This document shows, piece after piece, positions 48,871-59,705 of a stretch of 64,000 nucleotides of DNA. This DNA comes from Oikopleura dioica (lineage: Eukaryota; Animalia; Chordata), in the NCBI GenBank assembly GCA_907165135.1, contig OU015569.1, positions 124,001-188,000 of the forward strand, read 5' to 3'. A program made the translations under genes and the position numbers. The notes under the pieces were generated by a model. The model was not told where the DNA came from, did not search any database, and saw nothing but the letters and a program-made list of their open reading frames with translations. Position 1 is the stretch's first letter. Each line of letters begins with the position of its first letter.

Positions 48871-50904
48871 AATCACGTGTTTATTCTATCCTCTTTTCTC
48901 TCCTTCCAAACCTGGAAAAATGCTGACTTTGCTTTTTCTCAAAAGTTCCATTTCCATCTTTTTCTGAAAAGAAAATTTACGAGTGCTGTTGTCGTGGAAT
49001 TGATGGGTTGCAGATGAGGAGGGCGACAGACCTTTTATATTTATGTTGAGCAAATAGTGATTGAACGGGTCCAAATTTCCACTGTTGGTTCGTGCTTAGT
49101 GATTAGCGAAAATTGGGGAGCTGCTCATGACGTGTTTGTTTGTTGGTACTGAGTAGTGGTTCTGTTGATTTTGGATTTGCAAGAGCTTCGTTTTCCCGAT
49201 GAATCACGAATACGGAAGGGCTTGTTTGGGCAAGAAGAATATTCTAGTGCTTCGAAAGGAAACCAGAAAAAGAGGCCGATTTTCCCATTATGGGAAAATA
49301 TCGTAATATCGTAAAAGAGCTCTGAGAAAATACCCTTTTCGATGATCAGAAAGGCCTGAGCTCGGCAACCTGTGTAGAAAACCTGAGTCAGGGAGTGAAA
49401 AAACTGAAATGAAAAGCCATCTTGCCCTCGCTCTAGAAAAAGGTTGTGACGTCAGGAGGAGGAAGTGCGTCTAATCTCAGTACACCGAGGCGAAGCACGT
49501 TTCTAGAGTCAAAAAATGATAAACCCGCTCAGTTCCTTCCTAAGAATCACATTTCGCCATAATTTATGATCGCCGCAAAAGATGCAATTTCTTCGCCCTA
49601 ATCAAACATCTCTCTTTCCCATTTTCCGGAAAAATAAAAAAAAGAGTGATACCCTTAATTTCATTCGTCAAAAGAAGGCTAAGACCTTTTTATAAGTTCT
49701 TGTGACGCTAGAATTAAATATTTCGAAATTTTTTTCACAAAAATTTTCCGAATTTCTTCGAATTTTTTAAAATTTTTTCGGACTCTTTCACAATTTTTTC
49801 GAATTTCTCGAAAATTTTCGAATAATTTCGAAAATTTTTCGAATTTTTTGAAAAAAAAAACGTCACAAAAAAAGCTACGTCGATTTGGCGAAACATACGT
49901 AATCATTGATCCCTTCCGTCTGGGCGAAATTTCACGCGTTCCTTTAAAAACTCGACAGTTGCGCTAAAATCCTGAATCAACCCAAAAAGATGGGACAAGA
50001 GAAAGTAAAACTGCTTTGTTTCAGCCTTTTTTGGATGGCAACTCGGGCTCGGCAGTGGCAAGTGCCCAACTTCCGAAAACCCGGCTATCATCTTGAATGC
50101 TACAAATGCGATAACGCGGGTAAAGATTATTGAGAGACGCTGCTGATAAAGAGATTCGCCGTTTTTTCGCGGAAAGGAACGCATAAACGACATTCTTACA
50201 TTTCTTGCTTCACTCATTTTTGATGATTCTAGTTATCTAGAGCTCGGCAAGAAAAAATCTGAGTAGAAAACCTGAGTCAGGATTTAATAAGACATTGAAT
50301 TGGTTATATATCCGAAGCCGCAAAGCGGCTAGTTTTAGAAAAAAGCCGCTGCGCGGCTTTTGATTTTAGCTTTTTCAGAACCTGACTCAGGATTTCTACA
50401 CAGCTTCCCGAGCAAAAATAATGCTCATTTTCGCGGAAAAGTGAGTTTCTCCGTTTTTTTCGTGAATTGACCTCTGCGTTCCATTTTCCTTTGAATTTGA
50501 ATTTTAAAAAGGAAAAAACGCGCTCCACCCAGAAAAGGTGGACTCGTTTCTCTTTCGTTGAATGGGAGGCCTGGAGCTTGGGTAACGTAACTGAATTTAG
50601 GCTCGGAAGAAGAATGCGACGGGCAACATAATATCGTAACGTGCGCTTCCAACGAACTTTCTTGTCAGGTGAGAATTTCGTCTGTCCAACAAGTGCATTT
50701 CAATTTCCGCCCGTTTTTTTTTTTCTAAACAACCGCAATTTTCACGCTTGCCCTTGTTTCCCTCGTTTTATGTAACATGCTTAAATGCCCTTTAGAATGC
50801 TTTTAAAACGAATTCGAGATATTTTTTAGTTTATTTCAAAAATGATTATCAATTCAGAAATCAAAATCGAAGCTAAATAATATCTCGTAAAATCCTAGTA
50901 AATT

Positions 50905-51667
50905 TCAGTTATTGATGGCATTTTTGAAGTTGTTTCGATAATTTGCAGTTCGTTTTGCTTTTCCAGAAGGAGCGTTATTCTGTTTTCGCTTACGGCTCGC
51001 ATTTTTTGGGAAAGGAGTTGACTGAGGGGCAGCTGGGAAAAAAGATGGGCGAGTTGCACTGTAGCCGGTAGGAGATGTCGGACTGTAGCTAGGAGACGTC
51101 GGTTTGTAGCTATGAGATGTCGGGCTGTAGGAAGGAGATGGGCGTTTAAACTCATCATCTGAATTGCCATCATCAATCATAGACTCACAATCTCGCAAAG
51201 CCATGCTTTCACGAGTGGCAAACTGAGGATGAGCCTCACCATAGGCAAGAAACTCATTTCTTTTGTTTAGGTTTAGGTTTATAGTTTTATAATTAAACTT
51301 TTATAGAAGATAAAAAAATAAAGCGAACGTAGAATTTAGCTAACCAATCCTTGCATCTCTATATTCATTCTTCAAGTCTCGCAACTTGAATGAAGCCTGA
51401 GTAACAGCTTCTAACTTATCTTCGGCCTTCTTCCTCAGCGCTTCGAAGTTTTTGTTAAAATCTTCAAGAACTCTCAAGATATAAAAAATACAAACAATAT
51501 ATTTCGAGTTATAATCCCGATTGTAAAAATTTTCATCTCCCCCCTTTAGCATCACGGCGATTTTTGGAATATGAATCCTGAAGGGAGGCTTCAGTGTCAC
51601 GAGCGAATTTGCGAACATCTTCGTAAACTATCACATCAACAATGCGAAGGGGTTTACTCTCTGACAT
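50905..51667 (-). CDS. Small coiled-coil protein with RNA Pol II CTD-like heptads and a basic NLS-like motif (2 exons; 1-nt shift in a G-run near 51542)
   Basis: [26 protein letters not shown]..|..[37 protein letters not shown]. Confidence 0.6.
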
Positions 51668-52358
51668 TTTTTTATAAAAATGCGTTTTATAAAGTCGAGA
51701 CCTTGAGTCTGAGCATGTTTTCAGAACACGCAAATTTGCCTCCCGCTGCAGGTGCAGCCTAAAAACACCTATTTTCCGTTGCAAATGGAAAATTCCAAAC
51801 AATTAGCAGAATAAAGCGTTCTTGAGAAAATGGCAAACGAATTGGGCTGTCGTGTTAAAAATTCGCGAAATAGACTGATTCGGGGAAAAAGAGCTAATGG
51901 CAGAATTCGCGCGCCGAGTCGGACAGTGAATACTTTAAAAACGAGCCCCCATCATTTAAACTGTCCCATCACTCAGCCTTTTTCAGTGCTCGAAAGAACA
52001 AGTTCTCAGGACTCAAACTTGAGCCGAAATCGGAAGTTCAAAAAAGCTTCATCTAAAAAGCAGTTCTTTTGCGAGAAACTGCAGCATTTAAAAATAGCCT
52101 TTTACGGGACCGATCCGGAGCTGGGAAACACGAGGCTTTGACTCTTTGGGGCAGTTTTTAGCCAGACATGTAAACGCGGATTATTTGCATTTGATTATGT
52201 TATCCAAATCGAATACGCCACTTTTTAAACATCAAAACGCTGGACTTATGTAGTCCACGTGTCCCCGCAAAAACTAATTCAAAAGACTCGAGAGCCAGTA
52301 ATTCAGTAATTTAGTTATTTAGCGAGTAGATAAGCGGATGTAGTACTAGTAGTAACTC

Positions 52359-54695
52359 GTGCTTCAGACCACAATACGCGTATACAACGAAGGACGCTCT
52401 GTGGCCGTTTCAAAAGGATGCAAGCAACCGCTCGCGTGTTTCAACAATTGGATCCAAAACAGCCGCCCCGCTTTTCCCTTTACGCAGTGTCAGAACATGG
52501 CCGCGTACGGCGTCGCTGGCGATTCTGGCTCCTTCCCAACCTGGAAAAATCCGAACCCGCAGTATCTCAAGAACTCAGCAACGAGTTTTCTCTTTCTTTC
52601 TTTCAATCTCATTTTCTCATTTTTCCTCCATTTTTCAAAACTCGATGAAAAGTGTGCCGCTGCTGCTGTGACAAACCACTGTGCAATCAGCGCTGTCCAT
52701 TTAACAAGGTCGAAGATACCACAACTTCGGCGATGAAGACGACCACTTCAGAGTTGACGACAGAACCGTTCACAACGATCACAACGTATGAAACCCAATT
52801 TTGCATAAAGTGATACTAGTCTTTTTCTTTAGCACAGAAACGACATTCACAGAAACGACGATAGTGACGACTTCAACGCGGACGAAAACGCTTCCGGAAA
52901 CAACTAAGACTACAACAACGACCACAACCATCACAACAACAACAAATACGACTACTTCGACCATGACAACTACCACTACAACCACAACAACAACAACGAC
53001 GACGACGACGACGACTACTACAACTACTACAACAACAACTACTTCTACATCATCTATTTCCACTCCTCCTCCTCCAGTGGAGCGAATCATCTCCCACTGG
53101 GACAAGTGCAGCGCCCGATGCGGCGGGGGCCATCAAATCGGCCATCCCCATCCCTGCCTCGCAAATTACACCACGTCAGAAATCGCCGAGGACTGCAAGA
53201 ATTTGAAGCTGGTCGAAGTGTGCAACGACTTCCCGTGCGAAGAGCGCTGCCAAGACGATTACTTCGACTTGGTCATTTTCGTGCATCAGTCAAAAACGGG
53301 AGACGAAGGCGTGGACAACTTGAAGAACTTCTTTTTCTGGCTGGAGCAGCTTTTGCTCAGCTTTGAAAGCGGCGACGAAATGGGCCCGGACGCGTTTCAA
53401 GTCTCGCTGATCATTTACGGCGCGAGCAGCGAGACGATCATTCCTCTCAATCCAGTCCAAAAAAGCAGAACAGAACTCATCGACTTTTTATGGGACCAGC
53501 TGCGAAAGCGAGGCCCAGACTGGACCGACTACTTCGACGAAGAAGTCACCAGCCAGCACAATTTAACCAGAGCTTTGGATGATCTATCGAACTTGCTGGA
53601 AACAGGAACGGTTACATCTTTTGATCAGTGATTTCGCGCGGGGAAAAAATCCAGCTCACCCAATTTCAATGTTTTGGTATTTTTGGTGTTCAAAAAGAGA
53701 GAGAGAGGGCGATAAAGAAAAGCCTGGCGGTTTGTGGAAAGCTGTGGATGGTTGGTTATCGCGGTTCAAACTCGCGACACTGGGATTGACGCGCTTCCGC
53801 GAAGGGGTTAAAAATCTTGCGAAACCGAAAAAATGATTGAAAATCAAAAAAGTAACTTTCAAAAAAGACCAGTTGCAAGGACGTCGTCAAATCGGAGTGC
53901 CACTGATTGTGGGAATTGTCTCGGACGAGATGGCTTATCCTGCTGGAGAGAGGTATTTACAAATAAAGCTGGGAACTTTGAACCCTAGCCACGTTGCTTT
54001 TTTCAGGGCGGAGCTCAAACGCGTCGGGCTGAGGCTCAAGCAAGCGGGCGCGCGAATGCTTTTTGGCGTCGGAATCAGGCACAGGTCCTCTATCTCATCG
54101 CGGGAAAAGTAGAGCAGCGTCATTAGGGACCTTCTTTCTAAAGCGAGGCGCATAAATGGGAGCTACGTGCAACCCGGAAATCCTGGACGGCTCTGGTTAC
54201 CAGAGACGTTTCCAAGCATCCAGATGATGTGACCCAGAAACATGTTTATATGCTGCAGACTTGGGAGTCACTGGCAAACTTGGGCGGCTCGTGGCACTCG
54301 ATCGCTGAGCGAATCTGCATGGAGGACGAATTCAACGATTTGTGCGACGAAAATGAGTACGTCCACAGCTGCGGCGGCGAGGACAGAATTTGCAACACGA
54401 TAAAGACAGGGTAACTTAACTCAACCCGGCTTCTAATCTACTAGAGTAACTCTAGCTGACAGTGAAATTTAGGATCGAATGCTCCTGCTTGGAACATGAA
54501 GATGAAATTTTCGAGCTTCAAAGCGGCGGTTTTTTTGCGATCCCCAGCGCCTGTCGAAATCACAGTGACATTGATGAGATTCCTTTTGGCTTGGAAAATT
54601 CTGTTCCGCTGCGGCTTAAATCCGCCAGCGACGGGAGAAGACGACGCAAGAGGAACAAGAAAAATAGAAAACGAAAAACTCGGCGATTAAACTAA
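52359..54695 (+). CDS. Extracellular-type mosaic: Cys-rich (oikosin-like) domain + Thr-rich mucin + TSP1 + VWA; 5' end uncertain
   Basis: QTTIR..KGCKQPLACFNNWIQN..TQC..DS|VCRCCCDKPLCN; poly-Thr; HWDKCSARCGGG..CNDFPC; VWA DLVIFVHQS, QVSLIIYG, G|RRQIGVPLIVGIVSD, LKQAGARMLFGVGI. Confidence 0.8.
52900..53050 (+). repeat. ACN trinucleotide repeat encoding poly-Thr mucin stalk
   Basis: Runs of ACA/ACT/ACC/ACG codons. Confidence 0.9.
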
Positions 54696-54942
54696 TTATT
54701 TAATGAATTGACGAAGCTAATCAGAATTTCATCAGTTGGTACGCGCACTGACCAAAGATACACCTTTCTGATTCGCGATGAAATAAATTATCGAGAAAGT
54801 ATATTTATTCGGGTTTTTTTGGATTTTATTGAAGAAATTTGAAAAAAAGAAAAATTGAAAAATCGTCGTTGGAAAATTTTGATGAAATAGAATTGGAGGC
54901 ATGCAAGAAGAACTAAGAGAGGATTGAGAGGAGAAGAGAGTG

Positions 54943-55646
54943 TCAGTTAAAAACCTTGATAATTTTGTCGTCAGTAAACATGGCCCGGCAGGTGGGGCAA
55001 TTCTTGGGCGAAAGAGAGGAGATGCAGCGGAGACAGGCCATGTGCCCACAGGTTGCGAGAACAGCCGCGCGGTTCTCGTTGCCGAAGGTCTCAAAGCAGC
55101 AAGAGCAGGTCGCGGAAATCGACGCGTCTGTAAGAAATATCATGACTTTTATGAAAATTTGCAAAATTGAAAAGTTGTGAAATTGCTTGTTGAAATACCG
55201 TTGTTGCTGTTTTCTTCTTTCAACGCATCATTCGCGCAAAATCGCATTCGTTTCTGTGCTTTTTTTCGCAATTCTTTTTTGGTAGTGAGCTTTTTTTGAA
55301 TTGATACTGTTTCTTTTCTAGCGGAAAAAAGAGCCCTTTTCGCTTCAGTCAGGGCTTTTTCAGCTTTCTTGACTTTTTTCTCGGCATTTTCAGCTTCACA
55401 TTTCGCGGCATCTTCTTCTTTCACTGTTTCTTCGTAGATTTTCTGGACAATCGAGAAACGTTCGTATTTTGCTAGCGGCTTGGTCCAGGTAGCAGCTCTC
55501 TCGCAACAGGATCCAAGGAAGTATTCATCACTGGAGAGATTCTCTGCGCGACAACTGGTGACAGCAGGGCATTTGAATTTCGGGCGAGAATCTTGGAGCG
55601 ATGTACCGTTAGTTGTGGTTTGTTGAGATCCTTTTAAGAGTTGCAA
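54943..55646 (-). CDS. C-terminal C3HC4 RING finger protein with coiled coil (probable E3 ligase); further exons possibly at 56200-56720
   Basis: CSCCFETF..LATCGHMACLRCISSLSPKNCPTCR preceded by EAENAEKKVKKAEKALTEAKR. Confidence 0.85.
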
Positions 55647-55697
55647 ATTTATTGAAAAAAATCGATTTGAGCTGGCTAAGTCTATCCAGGCTATCCG

Positions 55698-56185
55698 TAG
55701 GCTTACCGGACTGAAATTCGGCCAATTTTTCTAGGGTAGTCGGGGTCCTATGGCACATATTTGGAATTCTCAAAAGCTGTGCTTTCATTTGAGCCCAAAA
55801 TCAAGGGGTCTGGGTCATGCCTGAAAGCCAAATTTTGGGACCGGAAGTTCCCAAATAGGCACTAGAACTCTTCGATCGATATTTTCGATGGGTTTGGGAT
55901 CTCAAGAGCAATGGAAAATAGATGAAAAGAAAGTGTAGACTCTGAGCTTTCTTTAGAACCATTAAAATCTTGCTCTAGATATCCCAAACCCATCGTAAAA
56001 ACCGGTAGAAGAGTTCTTGTCCCGAATTGGGAACTTCCGGTCCCATAATTTGCCTTCCGGGCATGACCCAAACCCCTTGATATGGTGCCCAAATGAAAGC
56101 CCAGCTTCTGGGCTTTCTAACACTGTATCATATGACCCCCCAACTAAGCTAGAAATATGGGCCGAAATTTAGTCCGGTAAGCCTA
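55698..56185. mobile_element. hAT-like MITE (488 bp), perfect 8-bp TSD GCTATCCG
   Basis: GCTATCCG|TAGGCTTACCGGACTGAAATT ... AATTTAGTCCGGTAAGCCTA|GCTATCCG; interior palindromic and similar to 16955-17130. Confidence 0.93.
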
Positions 56186-58201
56186 GCTATCCGCAAATTT
56201 ACAACTCTGTAACTTGGGTCGCTGCAGTTGAGCTACCTTGAGATCCACCAAACTCGGTTACTGTCGCACCTGTATAAGTATCCTCGCAAGGATCTAGTTC
56301 TACACTTGACCATTGAGAACGTCGTACTATCATATAATATTATATGACTATTGAATAAAATAATTGTATCCCTACATTGAAAAAATCCTCTTCCGTTATC
56401 ACGAGCTTCCATTACAGTATCAAACGGCTCAGCAAAAGAAAATTACCAAAAAACTCAATTCAAATAAAAAAATCTCCAAAATTGAAGCTTGAGCGAATAA
56501 TTCCGGCTTTCGCGATGAATTAAAAAAGGGAAACTTGAAATATCTTTAAAACTCGTTCATTTCGATGATAGATCAGACCTTTTCTGACCTTTTTCTTGTC
56601 GAACTTCAAAATAGAATAAAGAATAAAAACGAAGTATTCGGAACATGTAAAAACGCGCGCGTTTCTGAATGTCTGAATTTCTGAAATGCTATTTTTGCGG
56701 CGACAACGCATCATCATTCGCACATTTCTAAATATACCAACAAAGAAGACTCAACCCATAATTATGCGCACGTCCTAATAGAACTGTTTATTTCAAGACG
56801 CAAAAGTGCCACTTTCTGGTCGATTCAAAATTCCTCCGGTTTTTTACGTTTCTTTTTTCATTTTTTGATGGATTTTCTGGCTGGGCCTGGGAAAAAGGGC
56901 TTGATTGAAAAGCCGCGCAGCGGCTTTTTAAATAAAGCCGCGAAGCGGCTTTGCTAGAATAATAATTTACGTTTAAAATAAATGAAATGGTAATTCTGGC
57001 GAAGCCGCTTTGCGGCTTCGTTTTTAAAAGCCGCTGCGCGGCTTTTCATTTCAAGCTCTTTTTAAATCCCTGACTCAGGTTTTTGACACGCTTTTAACTG
57101 GAAAAGTATTGAAGCAAGAACTCCGCTCTCGCTCGAAAAAACAAGCAGTTCCGGGAGCAGCAGTTGATAATAATTTGCGTCCACGTCAGATTGCGCCGCG
57201 CGTGTGTATCAATTGGGCGCGTAGAACGTAAAATTTTTCGCAATTTCGTTTGCGGTGGCTCGTCCACGAAAACACATTCCGGCGCAGACAAAGAGCTCAT
57301 TTTCGCTGAGCACGGAGCACTGTCCGTAATTGCCGCCTTCGATAAGCAGCCTATCTAAAGCCGTCCTTTTCTCTTCGAGTTAACGTTGTGACACCCTTAT
57401 TTTTTCCATCAAAGAAAGTTCAAACCTTTATTTAGTTCATTTCAAGACCGAAATTTCATATTTTGAATAAAATTTTCACAAAAATTTTCAAATAAAATTG
57501 CATAATTTCGCAAAATTAAGAATTTTTCACGGAAATTTTGGTCCAAATTTGGTCAAAAATCGAAATTTTTGGCCTCCAAACAGACTAAATAAGGGTTTGA
57601 TCATTCTTTTGGCGAAATAAAATAAGGGTATCACAATGCTAAATCCCCGAGAAAAGTGGTGAAGAAAACCTGGTTAATGACATCCACCCCTTAAAAGTAA
57701 AGAACTGGGCTCACGTGCTCGCTGCCTCTGAGAAATATCAATGTGGGAAGAATGCGGCCAAGTAGATGGGTCAGATGCGGGTTGGCCGGGTTGGCGGAAT
57801 GGGAAGAGGAAGCAACAACAAGCGGCAAGAAGCCTAAATTGAGTTAGAAAAAGAAGCTAAACGAAAAAGAGAGCTGCGACCAAATTGTTTTGAAAAATCC
57901 CTTTTCGCCGCCGAGAGTCAAAAACGCGTTCTTTTTTAATTTTGAACGGAAGCCAGCTCAGAGAGAAAATAATTAAATGTTTACCCTCCGAAACAGGTGC
58001 AGTATAAATAATATAAATAACGCGCTGCCAACAAGCGCGGATTAAAATTAGAAGTTGAAAAAGAAACCCAGTCTCACGCTTTTTAATTAGCTTCAATGAT
58101 ATCAATAAATTTGGGTTAAAATTAGGGTTGAAATCAGACCTGTGTCAGGCTCTAAGAGCCTACCGGCTTTTGGGTACCGATCCAAGATTAACTGGGGATT
58201 G

Positions 58202-58710
58202 TGCTCAATTTTATCAAAGTTTCCATCTCTGCTCGAGCTATGAAAATCAAAAAATAAACTCAGTTATGGTTTCTTCGAAAAAACTCTAAAAAGAAATTTT
58301 TACAAATGATTTTACATTTAAAATTTTGATGTCTAAAGTCAAAAACCTGCGTCAGGCTCCTAAAAACTTTAATTTAAAGCCGCGTAGCGGCTTTTTAAAC
58401 GAAGCCGCAAAGCGGCTTAGCCAAAAGTTTGAAGTAGATTGAAATGGTAATAATTGCGGCTTTCATAAAAAAGCCGCGACCTCAAGATTTCAGTCTATTT
58501 ATTACTTCAAACTTTTGGCGAAGCCGCTTTTATTCAAGCTCTTTTCGAGCCTGACTCAGGCTTTTTGATTCCAGATTCCAAAAAAATGAATGTAGATTGT
58601 AAATTTTTGAAGATATTTATTTAGGGAGTTTTTTTGAAGAAACCATAATTGAGTTTATTTTTTGATTTTCATAGCTCGAGCAGAGATGGAAACTCTGATA
58701 AAATTGAGCA
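58202..58710. mobile_element. About 510-bp foldback element with a family-A MITE at its centre
   Basis: TGCTCAATTTTATCA.AGTTTCCATCTCTGCTCGAGCTATGAAAATC ... GATTTTCATAGCTCGAGCAGAGATGGAAACT.TGATAAAATTGAGCA. Confidence 0.85.
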
Positions 58711-59705
58711 ATAACTATATCAACCGGTCCCTCATGGACAACTGGTACTTTGGACTGATATTTTCTTTCATAAAAATCACTTAATTACTGAACGTCTAAC
58801 TTTAGAAGCGAGAGTATGGACTCTTTAGCGACTCTGGGCCGCGGTAGTCATCGCCCAATCCACCGCAGAAAGGTAAGCGGAAGAAAGAAGTCAGCTGCTC
58901 CATCCTTATCGCCGCTTGTTTAACGTTGTCCAACTTCGTTCTAAGCGCCGCCATTTCAAGAGTTTCGAGAGGCGCTTTTTTCACTTTTTCTTCTTTTTTA
59001 TTTTTTCTTTCTTATGACGGTGAGTTTACTTTATAAAAATAACTTTTAAAAAACTTTAAAAATTTAAAGTTATTTTCCCATCAAAAATAATTAAATTTTC
59101 CAAGAAAAATGATAAAATGGCACAAAATTTACAAAAACGATTTTTCGAATTAAGGGGTGGACATCAATAAATCATGTTTTTAAAGGGACTTTTTAGTCTT
59201 ATTTAGTAGAGCGATACCCTTATCTTTTGGCTTAAATTGAAGCAGAGCCCTTAATTTTTAGACAAAAAAATTTCGAGAGAAATTTCTAGTGTCTACTCCC
59301 TTAAATTTAAGCTCTTTTTAAATAGCCTAAATGATTATTTTTTCCGATATTTAAAATTTTGGCTCAAAAATTGAACATTCAAAAATAACTCATTTTCCTT
59401 TTGATTTTTGGAATCAAGGAAGAAAATGGGGTCGTAGGGGCGCTTTTTGGGGCAAGCGTGAGGCTGCGGGTTAAGACGTGCGAGGTAGGGTAAATAATTG
59501 GCAGATGATTAGAGTGGAACATTGAGAAAGAGGGACTCGTAAAAATCCCTTTTTGCGTTCTGACGTGGCCGCGGGCCGGGCCAGTCGCTGCGCTCGCCGC
59601 TCAGACCCTTTTCTGTCTTTTGCGAGAAAATCTTCTAGAGAAGGAAAAGCATCTCCTCGCCAAGTTTTGCCAGTCTCGTCCGAACCCCTCCCCGCCAACG
59701 CCGCC

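Noticed and set aside
50905-51204. RPB1 (POLR2A) gene
   Set aside because: Only about four heptads and no polymerase domains in adjacent exons.
52779-53105. Poly-Val membrane protein ORF on the minus strand
   Set aside because: Antisense shadow of the poly-Thr codons.
58802-58984. Small minus-strand ORF (also 57094-57300)
   Set aside because: Short and motif-free, with no supporting exon structure.
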